25,249 nt of DNA from positions 1 through 25,249 of the IMG/VR virus record IMGVR_UViG_3300030060_002637; one strand, 5' to 3'. Under the pieces are notes generated by a model. It searched no databases, was not told the DNA's origin, and worked only from the letters and a program-made list of their open reading frames with translations. The position numbers and the translations under genes are program-made. Position 1 is the stretch's first letter; each line of letters opens with the position of its first letter. This stretch comes from a virus. Taxonomy: Duplodnaviria > Caudoviricetes. This document shows positions 15,936 to 24,253 of the stretch, piece after piece.

Positions 15936-17381
15936 TTAATTTTGATATTTGTATCTTATAATAACGACGCCTTTACCACCTGCACCGCCAATAGAGGTAG
16001 GTGTAGGGTTACTTCCACCGCCACCGCCACCTCCTCCGAGGTTTGCTGTGCCTGCTCCAGCAGTAGCACCACCTGGTCCACCGCCACCAGAACCACCGCC
16101 ACCTGCTCCTCCTGAACCAATGACAGTTGAACTTGGAGATGAAGAGGCTCCGCCACCTCCACCTCCAGAATAAGTTACGGATGAACCTGTGATAGTTAAA
16201 GCCGTTCCTGCTCCACCTGCTCCCGCCGCACCGACAGAAGTGGGAGCATTTGCTCCAACAGCGTTATGTCCGCCACCACCGCCACCTAAAAATACGGGGT
16301 TGCCTTGTGCGTTTCCTCCGTTATTACCCTGAGGAGGAGATACTGGAGGTGTATTACCTGATCCAATATCTGTATTTGTTGCACCAAATGTTTGAGGAAC
16401 AGCAGCTCCGCCACCAGATCCACCATCTTTTGCTACATAATTTGGAAAATTATCAGAAGGACCAATGTTAGTGTATCCTCCACCACCGCCACCTCCTGCA
16501 GATGTAACTGATGAAAAGGTTGAAACTGCCCCACTGCCTCCTGCGTAGTGTTGATTTGTTGGATGAGTGCCACCAGCTCCAACGGCTATGGGATAAGATT
16601 GAACCGCAACTGACAATCCACCTGTTGCAGGATTAGGAAAAGAATATCGCATTCCTCCTGCACCGCCGCCACTCGCAGCGTAGTTATCATAACCTCCTCC
16701 TGATCCACCTCCTGCAACTACTAAGTAATCTACTGTATTTGATCCACTGGACTGACCAGCGTTTGTAACTGTAAAAGTACCATCACCAGTAAAAGTGTGA
16801 ATTTTAAAATCTCCAGAAGTTGTAACTGTGCCTCCAGATGCTATAATGTGTTTAGGAGCTAAATCTCCGACATTTGACTCTTGTACATATAACCACCCTT
16901 TTGTAGAGTCTATGTAAACAAGAACAACACTTGCTCTATTTGTGCTTAGTAGTGAATCATTTGCATTGCCTTGAATGTTAGAACTATTTCTTCCTATTGT
17001 TAAATTATGTGTAGCAAAAGAAGGAGCATAATCTTTGAAGGCAACAATAGCTCCTGCACTAGGACTTGCTGGTAATGTTGCTGTAACAGCACCACCTGAT
17101 GTATTTACAAAATATCCTTCACCACTGACCGCTGTAAAATCTGATGTTTTAAGTGTAGACTGCCAATCTAAACCTTGTGTGACTAGTGTAGTGACATCAA
17201 CAAAACCTAGATTACCAGAGCCATCTGTTTTAAGTGCATTGTTTGCACTACCATCAGCATCAGGTAATACAAATGTTTGATTTGAACTAACTGTTGCTGG
17301 AGATTTTATAGATACATAATTTGAATTATCCGAGTCAAATAATTTTACTTCACCCGTACTATTAACTTTTATTTCAGACAT
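15936..17381 (-). CDS. Glycine-rich tail fibre/adhesin paralog 3, 481 aa
   Basis: LPDADG...LKTDGSGNLGF fibre motif, shared central domain, polyglycine blocks, ends GVVIIRYKYQN. Confidence 0.85.
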   Translation of the reverse strand: MSEIKVNSTGEVKLFDSDNSNYVSIKSPATVSSNQTFVLPDADGSANNALKTDGSGNLGFVDVTTLVTQGLDWQSTLKTSDFTAVSGEGYFVNTSGGAVTATLPASPSAGAIVAFKDYAPSFATHNLTIGRNSSNIQGNANDSLLSTNRASVVLVYIDSTKGWLYVQESNVGDLAPKHIIASGGTVTTSGDFKIHTFTGDGTFTVTNAGQSSGSNTVDYLVVAGGGSGGGYDNYAASGGGAGGMRYSFPNPATGGLSVAVQSYPIAVGAGGTHPTNQHYAGGSGAVSTFSSVTSAGGGGGGGYTNIGPSDNFPNYVAKDGGSGGGAAVPQTFGATNTDIGSGNTPPVSPPQGNNGGNAQGNPVFLGGGGGGHNAVGANAPTSVGAAGAGGAGTALTITGSSVTYSGGGGGGASSSPSSTVIGSGGAGGGGSGGGGPGGATAGAGTANLGGGGGGGGSNPTPTSIGGAGGKGVVIIRYKYQN

Positions 17382-17398
17382 AAAACTTTTTTACCATA

Positions 17399-18811
17399 TT
17401 AATTTTGATACTTGTAGCGAATAATTACAACACCTGAACCACCACTAGCACCTGATGTTATAAATGCACTTCCACCACCTCCGCCACCAGTGTTAGATGT
17501 CGCTGCCGTGCCAGATCCAGAATTTGCTCCAGCTCCGCCACCGCCAGAACCACCAGCTCCAGCAGTTGTTCCGTTAGAACCACCGCCTCCGCCTCCGCTT
17601 CTTGTAACAGCAGAACCATTTATAGAACTTGATACACCATTGCCACCTGCACCCGAAAAAGTAGGTGCTCCAGGTCCACCGCCACCATTGCTTCCGACTG
17701 CTCCTGCGCCACCGCCGCCTGCTGAACCATAACTCCAAGTACCGCCATTGCCACCTGCATTACCTTGAGGGGGACTAACGGGAGGAGTATTTCCTGCTCC
17801 ACCTGAACCAGAACTAGAACCATTATTTCCTCCTGATCCTCCACCGCCAGAACCACCAGCAACACCTGCAGAAGCATCTGAAGGAACTCCAATAGCACCT
17901 CCACCACCACCAGCGGAAGTTATTGTTGAAAAAATTGAATTTTCACCGTTAACACCATTGGAACTACTTCCAGCGCCGCCGCCACCGACAGTAACTGGAT
18001 AAGCTTGCGCACTAAGAGTCAAACCCGCTGGAGCATTTAAAGGTGATGCTGAGTATGGATCACCAGAGTTTTTTCCCTCTCTTAAACCACCTGCGCCGCC
18101 ACCGCCTCCAACTGATCCACCTGCTCCAGCTCCACCTGCAACAACTAAATAAGAAGCACCAGCACCTCCACCTTTTGAATTACCAACGGAGTTTACAGTA
18201 AAAGTTCCATCTCCTGTAAAGGTATGTATTTTAAAATCACCAGAGGTTGTCTCTGTTCCACCAGATGCACTAATATAAGTTGCACCCTCTAAATCAGCCA
18301 CGTTATTTTCTACAGTGTATAACCACCCTTCAGTGCTATCCACATAAATTAAAACAACAGATGCACGATTTGTTGTTAACTCAGAATTATTTGCAGAACC
18401 TTGTATGTTTGAACCATTTCTATCAATAGTAAGTTTATTTGTACCAAAAGTTCCTGCGTAATCTTTTAACGCAACAAAATCTCCCGAACTCGGACTTGAT
18501 GGCAAAGTAGCTGTTATAGCTCCACTTGATGTATCAACAAAATAACCCTCTCCACTTACAGCTGTAAAATCACCTGTTTTAACAGAAGATTGCCAAGCTA
18601 CGTCAGATGTTATTAAAGTGTTTATATCTGTCATAGACAAAACACCAGAAGCGTTAGTCGTAATAATATTATTAGCTGAACCGCTTGTACTTGGTAATGT
18701 AAATTCTTTATTAGCTGCTACTGTACTTGGCGCTTGTAAAGATACTTCATTAGAACTATCGGCATCTTGAACAGTAATCTTTCCTTGATTACGAATACGG
18801 ATTTCTGCCAT
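17399..18811 (-). CDS. Glycine-rich tail fibre/adhesin paralog 2, 470 aa
   Basis: Same architecture; ends GVVIIRYKYQN. Confidence 0.85.
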   Translation of the reverse strand: MAEIRIRNQGKITVQDADSSNEVSLQAPSTVAANKEFTLPSTSGSANNIITTNASGVLSMTDINTLITSDVAWQSSVKTGDFTAVSGEGYFVDTSSGAITATLPSSPSSGDFVALKDYAGTFGTNKLTIDRNGSNIQGSANNSELTTNRASVVLIYVDSTEGWLYTVENNVADLEGATYISASGGTETTSGDFKIHTFTGDGTFTVNSVGNSKGGGAGASYLVVAGGAGAGGSVGGGGGAGGLREGKNSGDPYSASPLNAPAGLTLSAQAYPVTVGGGGAGSSSNGVNGENSIFSTITSAGGGGGAIGVPSDASAGVAGGSGGGGSGGNNGSSSGSGGAGNTPPVSPPQGNAGGNGGTWSYGSAGGGGAGAVGSNGGGGPGAPTFSGAGGNGVSSSINGSAVTRSGGGGGGSNGTTAGAGGSGGGGAGANSGSGTAATSNTGGGGGGSAFITSGASGGSGVVIIRYKYQN

Positions 18812-18815
18812 GACA

Positions 18816-20252
18816 TTAGTTTTGGTATTTATAACGAATAACTACTCTGCCAGAACCACCTGTTTTACCAGGACCCGCAGGAGCTGATCCAGGAGGACCT
18901 CCAGCACCACTGTTATCACCACCATTATTACCAGCAGCAACGCCACCAGTTGCAGAACTTCCATCACTACCTGATCCTATACCTGCTCCCCCACCAGAAT
19001 AATTTACATTAGATCCTGAGATAGATGTTCCCACACCATTACCTCCGTTACCTCCGCCAGCAGGAGGAGTTGTTGAACCGCCTCTTGCAGCGGCACCACC
19101 GCCGCCACCACCAGCGTTATCTGGAGGACCAGAGTTGCCAGGATGATTACCACCCGCACCGCCTCCAAAACCTTGTGAAGGACTCACAGGAGGATTGTTT
19201 CCAGTTCCACCGCCTCTTGATTCTCCAACGGTTCCAGGGCCATTTCCACCGCCACCTCCACCGCCACCAGAACCACCTGATAAGCCTGGAAAGACTTCAG
19301 AAGGACTTGGTGGAGAACCTCCACCGCCACCTCCGCCACCAGCGGATGTGATTGTAGAAAATGTTGACACACCACCATTAGCTCCTCTTTGACCAGGGTT
19401 CGACGTATTAGGTTGACCTGTTCCACCAGCGCCTCCACCGCCAACGGATATTGGATACGCTTGAGCTGTTACTGTAAGGCCAGACGTTGCTGCTATAGGT
19501 GATCTTGCTGGATAATAAGGGTCAGTTGGAACAGCGCCTTCACGAAAACCGCCACCGCCTGCTCCGCCACCTCTGTTTCCACTTTGCGGTGCTCCACCGC
19601 CGCCTCCTGCTGCTATAACAGCATAAGACACAGTATCGCCACCACCTGCAGAATTTCCAATTGAACTAACGGTAAATGTTCCATCAGAATCAAAAGTATG
19701 TATTTTATAGTCACCAGAGGTTGTTACCGTACCACCTGATGCAACAATATATGTTGGATTAAGTAATTTACCATCACTATTACCAATAGCAATCCAACCT
19801 TGCGTTGAATCTTGATACAAAAGAACAATTGACTCTCTTTCATTTTCTAAAGCGACATCATTTGTTTGACCTTCTATTTTTTCAGACCCGTTTGCTGACA
19901 AAGTACAATTGTTAGTGTCCCAAGTCCCTGCATAATCTACTAAAGCTACTTGAGCTCCTGCTGAGCCCGCTGGTAAATTTACCGTAATAGCACTACTAGT
20001 AGTGTTAACTAAATAACCCTTACCAGCTACTGCCGTAAATGTACTCGTTTTAACATCGCTTGTCTGCCAATCTATAGCACCGAAGCCAGTTGCGGTCCCA
20101 CTATTAGAAATAGTTCCTGCAATATTTAGTGTGGCTCCTGACGGCAACGTGATTGTGTCACCTGACGCACCGACTTGTAAAGCTGTACCTGATTGAGGTT
20201 CAATCTTATCTGTTTTTAAAGTATTATTTACACCGTCTAATTCTATTGTCAT
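18816..20252 (-). CDS. Glycine-rich tail fibre/adhesin paralog 1, 478 aa
   Basis: Same architecture with a more divergent central domain; ATGA overlap with upstream gene; ends GRVVIRYKYQN. Confidence 0.85.
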   Translation of the reverse strand: MTIELDGVNNTLKTDKIEPQSGTALQVGASGDTITLPSGATLNIAGTISNSGTATGFGAIDWQTSDVKTSTFTAVAGKGYLVNTTSSAITVNLPAGSAGAQVALVDYAGTWDTNNCTLSANGSEKIEGQTNDVALENERESIVLLYQDSTQGWIAIGNSDGKLLNPTYIVASGGTVTTSGDYKIHTFDSDGTFTVSSIGNSAGGGDTVSYAVIAAGGGGGAPQSGNRGGGAGGGGFREGAVPTDPYYPARSPIAATSGLTVTAQAYPISVGGGGAGGTGQPNTSNPGQRGANGGVSTFSTITSAGGGGGGGGSPPSPSEVFPGLSGGSGGGGGGGGNGPGTVGESRGGGTGNNPPVSPSQGFGGGAGGNHPGNSGPPDNAGGGGGGAAARGGSTTPPAGGGNGGNGVGTSISGSNVNYSGGGAGIGSGSDGSSATGGVAAGNNGGDNSGAGGPPGSAPAGPGKTGGSGRVVIRYKYQN

Positions 20253-20704
20253 ACTATTACCACATTACCTGTAATTGTTTGTGTGCCAGTAACTGTGACT
20301 GGTCCAGCTAAAACTCCTGAATCTATTGTTTGATCATCACTTAACGTTGAATTGTGCGTAGTTACATAAGTAGTAGCAGTCATCGATGCTGATGGTGCTT
20401 TTGATGCTGGGTATGTACAGAACACATCTTTTGTGCCAGCAGATAAGTTTACCGCTGAATCACTATTTGAACTTGATATAATTGTATCTCTTGACAAAGT
20501 ATCAGGTGAAGCATCTGTAACAGTTCCTATTCCTACTTCAAACTCATTAGCGGTTTGATGTGAAATACAATAAAAACATGTATTGGTTGTACCAATACCT
20601 GCTACAAAAGTTTCAAACGTATCCGCAGCTCCAGCCAAATTAATTGTGCCAGTGCCAGTCGAAGTGGTTGTTTCTTTTACTCTGTCATTTAGGACAAAAG
20701 CCAT
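20249..20704 (-). CDS. Tail-fibre N-terminal attachment domain as a stand-alone protein, 151 aa
   Basis: DRVKETTTSTGTG...EVGIGT...TLSR.TI.SSN...AGTKDVFCTYPA resembles fibre N-terminal domains; AAGGAGG RBS. Confidence 0.75.
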   Translation of the reverse strand: MAFVLNDRVKETTTSTGTGTINLAGAADTFETFVAGIGTTNTCFYCISHQTANEFEVGIGTVTDASPDTLSRDTIISSSNSDSAVNLSAGTKDVFCTYPASKAPSASMTATTYVTTHNSTLSDDQTIDSGVLAGPVTVTGTQTITGNVVIV

Positions 20705-20716
20705 AAAGCTCCCTCC

Positions 20717-21175
20717 TTACGATATTCTTATAATAGCGTCACTAGTATTTGCTGCTGGAAACTGTACAGTAAATGTACCGTTACTTGCAGTAAAATCACC
20801 ACCAAATGCTAAAATACAAACACAGTTTGTAGTACCAGATCCACCATCAGTAGTTGTATTGTAAATCATAGCTCCGTTAGCTGTAAAACTAGCTGAGGTA
20901 AATTCTGCATCTGCAAAATCTACAAAAGCTGTAGTAGCTGATGATGAGCTTGTTACACCGTTTCTAGTTAATACTTTACCACCTGCGGTATAAGCTGATC
21001 CTGATGTGTTAGTTATTTCGTTTGATGTGCTGTAACCTGTGGTCGTTGCACCTAAGCTTGCCGAAGATGTATACAAAGCTAACTTAAATGTATGACCGCC
21101 AGACGCAGCAAAGTCATGCTTTCCTTCCAACAATTCACCTTTGAAAGTGTTGCATATAGCTGATGTAATTGCCAT
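20717..21175 (-). CDS. Conserved structural (tail/collar) protein, 152 aa
   Basis: ICNTFKGELLEGKHDF...FKLALYT...YTAGG...FVDFAD...GAMIYN...FGGD..S.GTFTVQFP; TAAGGAG RBS. Confidence 0.8.
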   Translation of the reverse strand: MAITSAICNTFKGELLEGKHDFAASGGHTFKLALYTSSASLGATTTGYSTSNEITNTSGSAYTAGGKVLTRNGVTSSSSATTAFVDFADAEFTSASFTANGAMIYNTTTDGGSGTTNCVCILAFGGDFTASNGTFTVQFPAANTSDAIIRIS

Positions 21176-21186
21176 TTTATGTCTCC

Positions 21187-21858
21187 TTACGGTTGTTTAG
21201 AGTCAAGAGGAAATCTAATAACACCATCATAGTATTCATCTCGTCTCCGCCTGCCTTGTTGTTCAAGCTGTAAGCCTTTTAAAGCTTGACCATAGCCTTG
21301 TTCATAGTATTGCAACATATTGTCTGGCCCTTTTAAAAATCTAAATGCTTCACACAATGTAGCGTAAAGCAAGACTTTAGGAGCATTTGTGCTCACCCAA
21401 GTTGTAGTATTAGATGAGGACAATCCTGTTGGTTGCTTGTTCAAAGCTAATTCAATATTATATGCTGAATTTGGAGTAGGTGCAAGATATAAGGTGTCTT
21501 GATCCCACATCGCATAGTATTTTGGTTTCCCTTGAGTATCTCTATTTGGCCAATACTGATTCATAAATGAAATATCTTTTTGTTCTAAATAATCTCTAGT
21601 AGGACTAGCTGCTGTATAAATCTGTGCAGATCTTACAAAAGCAATATTATCAGTGTTTGCTCCAGGCAAGGACACGAAAGGATTACCCACCGTTAATGTT
21701 GCAAATTGATATGATCTAAATATATCTAGATCTACATCTCTAAATATTCTCTTTTCTGCATGTTCTATAAAATCATTAATTATCGTATCACTTAAAACAT
21801 CAGACGTTGTTTCTGTGTAATCTCTAATTTGTGTAACTAATTCAGAATATGTTGTCAT
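21187..21858 (-). CDS. Neck/adaptor (tail tubular A-like) protein, 223 aa
   Basis: TYSELVTQIRDY...FIEHAEKRI helical N-terminus; GKPKYY...LYLAPTPNSAY; LLYATLCEA. Confidence 0.75.
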   Translation of the reverse strand: MTTYSELVTQIRDYTETTSDVLSDTIINDFIEHAEKRIFRDVDLDIFRSYQFATLTVGNPFVSLPGANTDNIAFVRSAQIYTAASPTRDYLEQKDISFMNQYWPNRDTQGKPKYYAMWDQDTLYLAPTPNSAYNIELALNKQPTGLSSSNTTTWVSTNAPKVLLYATLCEAFRFLKGPDNMLQYYEQGYGQALKGLQLEQQGRRRRDEYYDGVIRFPLDSKQP

Positions 21859-22268
21859 GATATACTCACTGTTACTATACCTAAAAATGATCTAATTTCT
21901 GTATCTTTATTTTCTTGATCACTGCTATCTCTAGGTATCATGGTTTGTGTAATAACTGTTTCAAAAGCACCTGGTGCTGGTATTGGGTTAAACTGAGAAA
22001 TTGATTGAGTTTTAACTCCAAAAATATTTGTTGCGAATAGATTATTTGTTAAAGGAACTTTAGCACTTATTTTTTGTGGCTTTGCATACTGTAAAGATTG
22101 AGGGTCTGCTGGATGATACTTTGGTTCTAGTTGTGGATGCTTAGGTTCAAATTCACTTACATGCACCCATGATCCATTCCACTCTTGAACCATTTCATTA
22201 TATGGAAAAGCAAGACCAGATCTATCTGATATTCTTTTTGCAAATCTTCCTGTAGCGTATTTAGGCAT
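21855..22268 (-). CDS. Conserved phage protein between the adaptor genes, 137 aa
   Basis: ISDRSG..FPY.EM..EWNG..VH.SEFEPKHPQL; coupled on both sides. Confidence 0.8.
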   Translation of the reverse strand: MPKYATGRFAKRISDRSGLAFPYNEMVQEWNGSWVHVSEFEPKHPQLEPKYHPADPQSLQYAKPQKISAKVPLTNNLFATNIFGVKTQSISQFNPIPAPGAFETVITQTMIPRDSSDQENKDTEIRSFLGIVTVSIS

Positions 22269-22969
22269 TACGAACCTGATGGATAATAAGATTGAGGAGT
22301 AAGATAAATACTTGTTCTTTCTCCATCTTCATCTGCTGCTCTTTTAAATTCATCTTCGTATAAAAGTTTTAATGCTTGCATTCTTTCTGGAGCTTTTTTC
22401 ATAGATATGTAATAAGCCAAGCCTGCATTTAAACATGGAAGAAATCGAAAAGGAATCTCAGCGTTGTTCGTATAATCGCCCGCATCAGACATCCGAACAA
22501 GAGCATAGTATATTAGAGTGTACGCTTGGTCGGCTGCAGGATATAGATATAGTGTTGGGCTTATCGTACGTTCAAAATAGTATTGAGTTGGTCTTCCGTT
22601 GGTCGTTTTAACTGTGTAGTTCCAGTATTGAGCTCTACTTATAGAAGTAGTAGAGTAATCATTATTAGAAGAATCTCTAATTATAACATCTGTTAATCCA
22701 ATAATTTGTTGACTATCATCAGCTCCACTGCCAAATAAATTTGTGCCTGTGAGATTTGTTGTATCCGCAGCTAATGTCTTTTCTTGTTTCTTTACTGTCC
22801 AAAGATTAATTCCTCTGTTAGACCACTCGGCTAACATTAAATTTAAAGAACGTCTTGCGGTCTTAATATCGTATCCACTACGAACTTGTAGACCGCAACG
22901 TTCAAATGCTTCTGATATTATCTCGTCTATAGATAAATCAAAATTTGCTGTTGAAGCGTAAGTTGGCAT
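22268..22969 (-). CDS. Head-tail connector/adaptor (P22 gp4-like) protein, 233 aa
   Basis: IDEIISEAFERCG...SGYD.KTARRSLN....EW.NRG.NLW; GRPTQYY...LYLYP; PFRFLPCL.AGLAYY. Confidence 0.78.
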   Translation of the reverse strand: MPTYASTANFDLSIDEIISEAFERCGLQVRSGYDIKTARRSLNLMLAEWSNRGINLWTVKKQEKTLAADTTNLTGTNLFGSGADDSQQIIGLTDVIIRDSSNNDYSTTSISRAQYWNYTVKTTNGRPTQYYFERTISPTLYLYPAADQAYTLIYYALVRMSDAGDYTNNAEIPFRFLPCLNAGLAYYISMKKAPERMQALKLLYEDEFKRAADEDGERTSIYLTPQSYYPSGS

Positions 22970-23121
22970 TATTTCTTCTTCTTACCTTTTTTAACTTTTT
23001 TCTTTTTACCCTTCATCATCTTACCGCCACGTTTCATGGCCATAGGATCTTTCATCATGCCACCGCCACGTTTTAAAGCGACGCCACCTCTTTTCATAGT
23101 TTGTTTCTTTTTACCCATCAT
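22969..23121 (-). CDS. Very basic 50-aa peptide with three (M/L)KRGG repeats (start revised to ATG 23121)
   Basis: GGAGGT RBS; MMGKKKQTMKRGGVALKRGGGMMKDPMAMKRGGKMMKGKKKKVKKGKKKK. Confidence 0.8.
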   Translation of the reverse strand: MMGKKKQTMKRGGVALKRGGGMMKDPMAMKRGGKMMKGKKKKVKKGKKKK

Positions 23122-23689
23122 GTTGACCTCCGAATATTCGTCTATAGGTTTTTTGTCTAGATACCACAACGTCTTGATAGTACCCTTTTGGCCACAACTT
23201 ATAGTAACCAATTCTGTGTAATTTATCAGAAGCTTCCTGTAATTGCGAGAACTTTTGTATTAACATCATAGAATATAGAAGATTGCTTTCTACAGTAGGG
23301 GTGTCCCCATTTGGAGAGACAAGAAACTCCTGCTCCTCCTCGTTGGCTGGATTGTGGGGATGAAAACCCATAAAAAATATATCCTTTTTATTGTACCAAT
23401 TATTGTATGCATCTATTATATCCTGAAACTCTTCTAATGAATAATTAAAGTAAGGATCACAAAATATCAATATTTCGTGTTTATTAAAATTTATCTTAGA
23501 TAATTGAATATTTAGTTGTGTTTTGTACCACTTATTTTTTTCTTTAGTTTTTATTAAAACCTTTTTATCTTTCCAAGTTTTCTTTGCAAAAGGACAAGCT
23601 GGAAAACCTCCTAAATGTTTATTAGGTATTTCTAAAAAATGTTCAGACCACCTACGTACGTCTTTTTTTATTTGCCTTTCTAATTGCAT
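23111..23689 (-). CDS. DUF1415-like hypothetical protein, 192 aa
   Basis: W...FLE.P...LGGFPACPFAK and FMGFHP motifs resemble DUF1415. Confidence 0.65.
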   Translation of the reverse strand: MQLERQIKKDVRRWSEHFLEIPNKHLGGFPACPFAKKTWKDKKVLIKTKEKNKWYKTQLNIQLSKINFNKHEILIFCDPYFNYSLEEFQDIIDAYNNWYNKKDIFFMGFHPHNPANEEEQEFLVSPNGDTPTVESNLLYSMMLIQKFSQLQEASDKLHRIGYYKLWPKGYYQDVVVSRQKTYRRIFGGQHDG

Positions 23690-23948
23690 CTTTACCCTTT
23701 CTAAAAATACTAGCCACTTGTGATTTGCCCATTACTTTCGCTCTTTGTTCACCGACTGTGAGAATTTGTATTTTTCTAGCAAAAGGTTTGTTAACTTTTT
23801 TAACCTTTGCGACTGTTGCTCTCGCATCTGTGGGCGTAGCAAATTTGATAGAGACAGTATCTTTTGGGTTCTCATCTGTGTAGAGTCTTCTTCCACTGCC
23901 TTTTGGTTTTTTTCCTGTGCCTTTTTTTGGATCTCTTTTCTTGGTCAT
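23652..23948 (-). CDS. Basic conserved hypothetical protein (LYTDENPKDT type), 98 aa
   Basis: Lys-rich; GTGKKPKGSGRRLYTDENPKDTV...ARKIQIL.V.EQRAK; starts within/adjacent to upstream stop (TAGATG). Confidence 0.8.
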   Translation of the reverse strand: MTKKRDPKKGTGKKPKGSGRRLYTDENPKDTVSIKFATPTDARATVAKVKKVNKPFARKIQILTVGEQRAKVMGKSQVASIFRKGKDAIRKANKKRRT

Positions 23949-24253
23949 CTAACACCAATAAATCTCATTCCTCTTACAGCCATGCCACCCCCTGCAGCTT
24001 TAGCAAAAGTTTTTACATTAGTTGGTTTACCACCAACACCTTGAGCTTTAGATCTTTTTCTTTTTACTGCTGATCTTCTTTGACTTTCTGTCATTCTTCT
24101 GGCTTTCGCTAATGGAACACATTTAGGATATTTTCTTTTTGCATCTTTCTTTTGTTTTGATCTACCACACTTAGAAAAAGATCCATCTTTTTTCTTAGAA
24201 CCTATATCAACCCAGTTCTGTTTAAACCATTTCTTTAAACCGCCTTCGGCCAT
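23945..24253 (-). CDS. Basic conserved hypothetical protein (GLKKWFxxxWVDI type), 102 aa
   Basis: CGRS...RKYPKCVP motif; Lys/Arg-rich; TAATG coupling. Confidence 0.8.
   Translation of the reverse strand: MAEGGLKKWFKQNWVDIGSKKKDGSFSKCGRSKQKKDAKRKYPKCVPLAKARRMTESQRRSAVKRKRSKAQGVGGKPTNVKTFAKAAGGGMAVRGMRFIGVR

Noticed and set aside
5261-19392. Many plus-strand Pro/Ala-rich ORFs (e.g. 5261..5830, 9533..9877, 13570..13812, 15949..16173, 17490..17732, 19195..19392)
   Set aside because: Antisense shadows of GGN/GCN-rich minus-strand genes; fully overlapped by better ORFs and no RBS noticed.
9204-19444. Alternative-frame minus ORFs rich in Val/Ala/Glu (9204..9473, 15956..16162, 17620..17910, 19184..19444)
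   Set aside because: Expected frame-shifted reading of polyglycine codons (GGT GGC gives GTG GCG); no slippery site or independent start seen.
13557-20252. Diversity-generating retroelement or invertase shufflon behind fibre variation
   Set aside because: No reverse transcriptase or recombinase in the window, no near-identical template/variable repeat pair with adenine-only differences noticed, and all paralogs are co-oriented with their own starts.
13557-20252. Collagen-like triple helix
   Set aside because: Glycines occur in runs (GGGGGAG), not in sustained Gly-X-Y periodicity.
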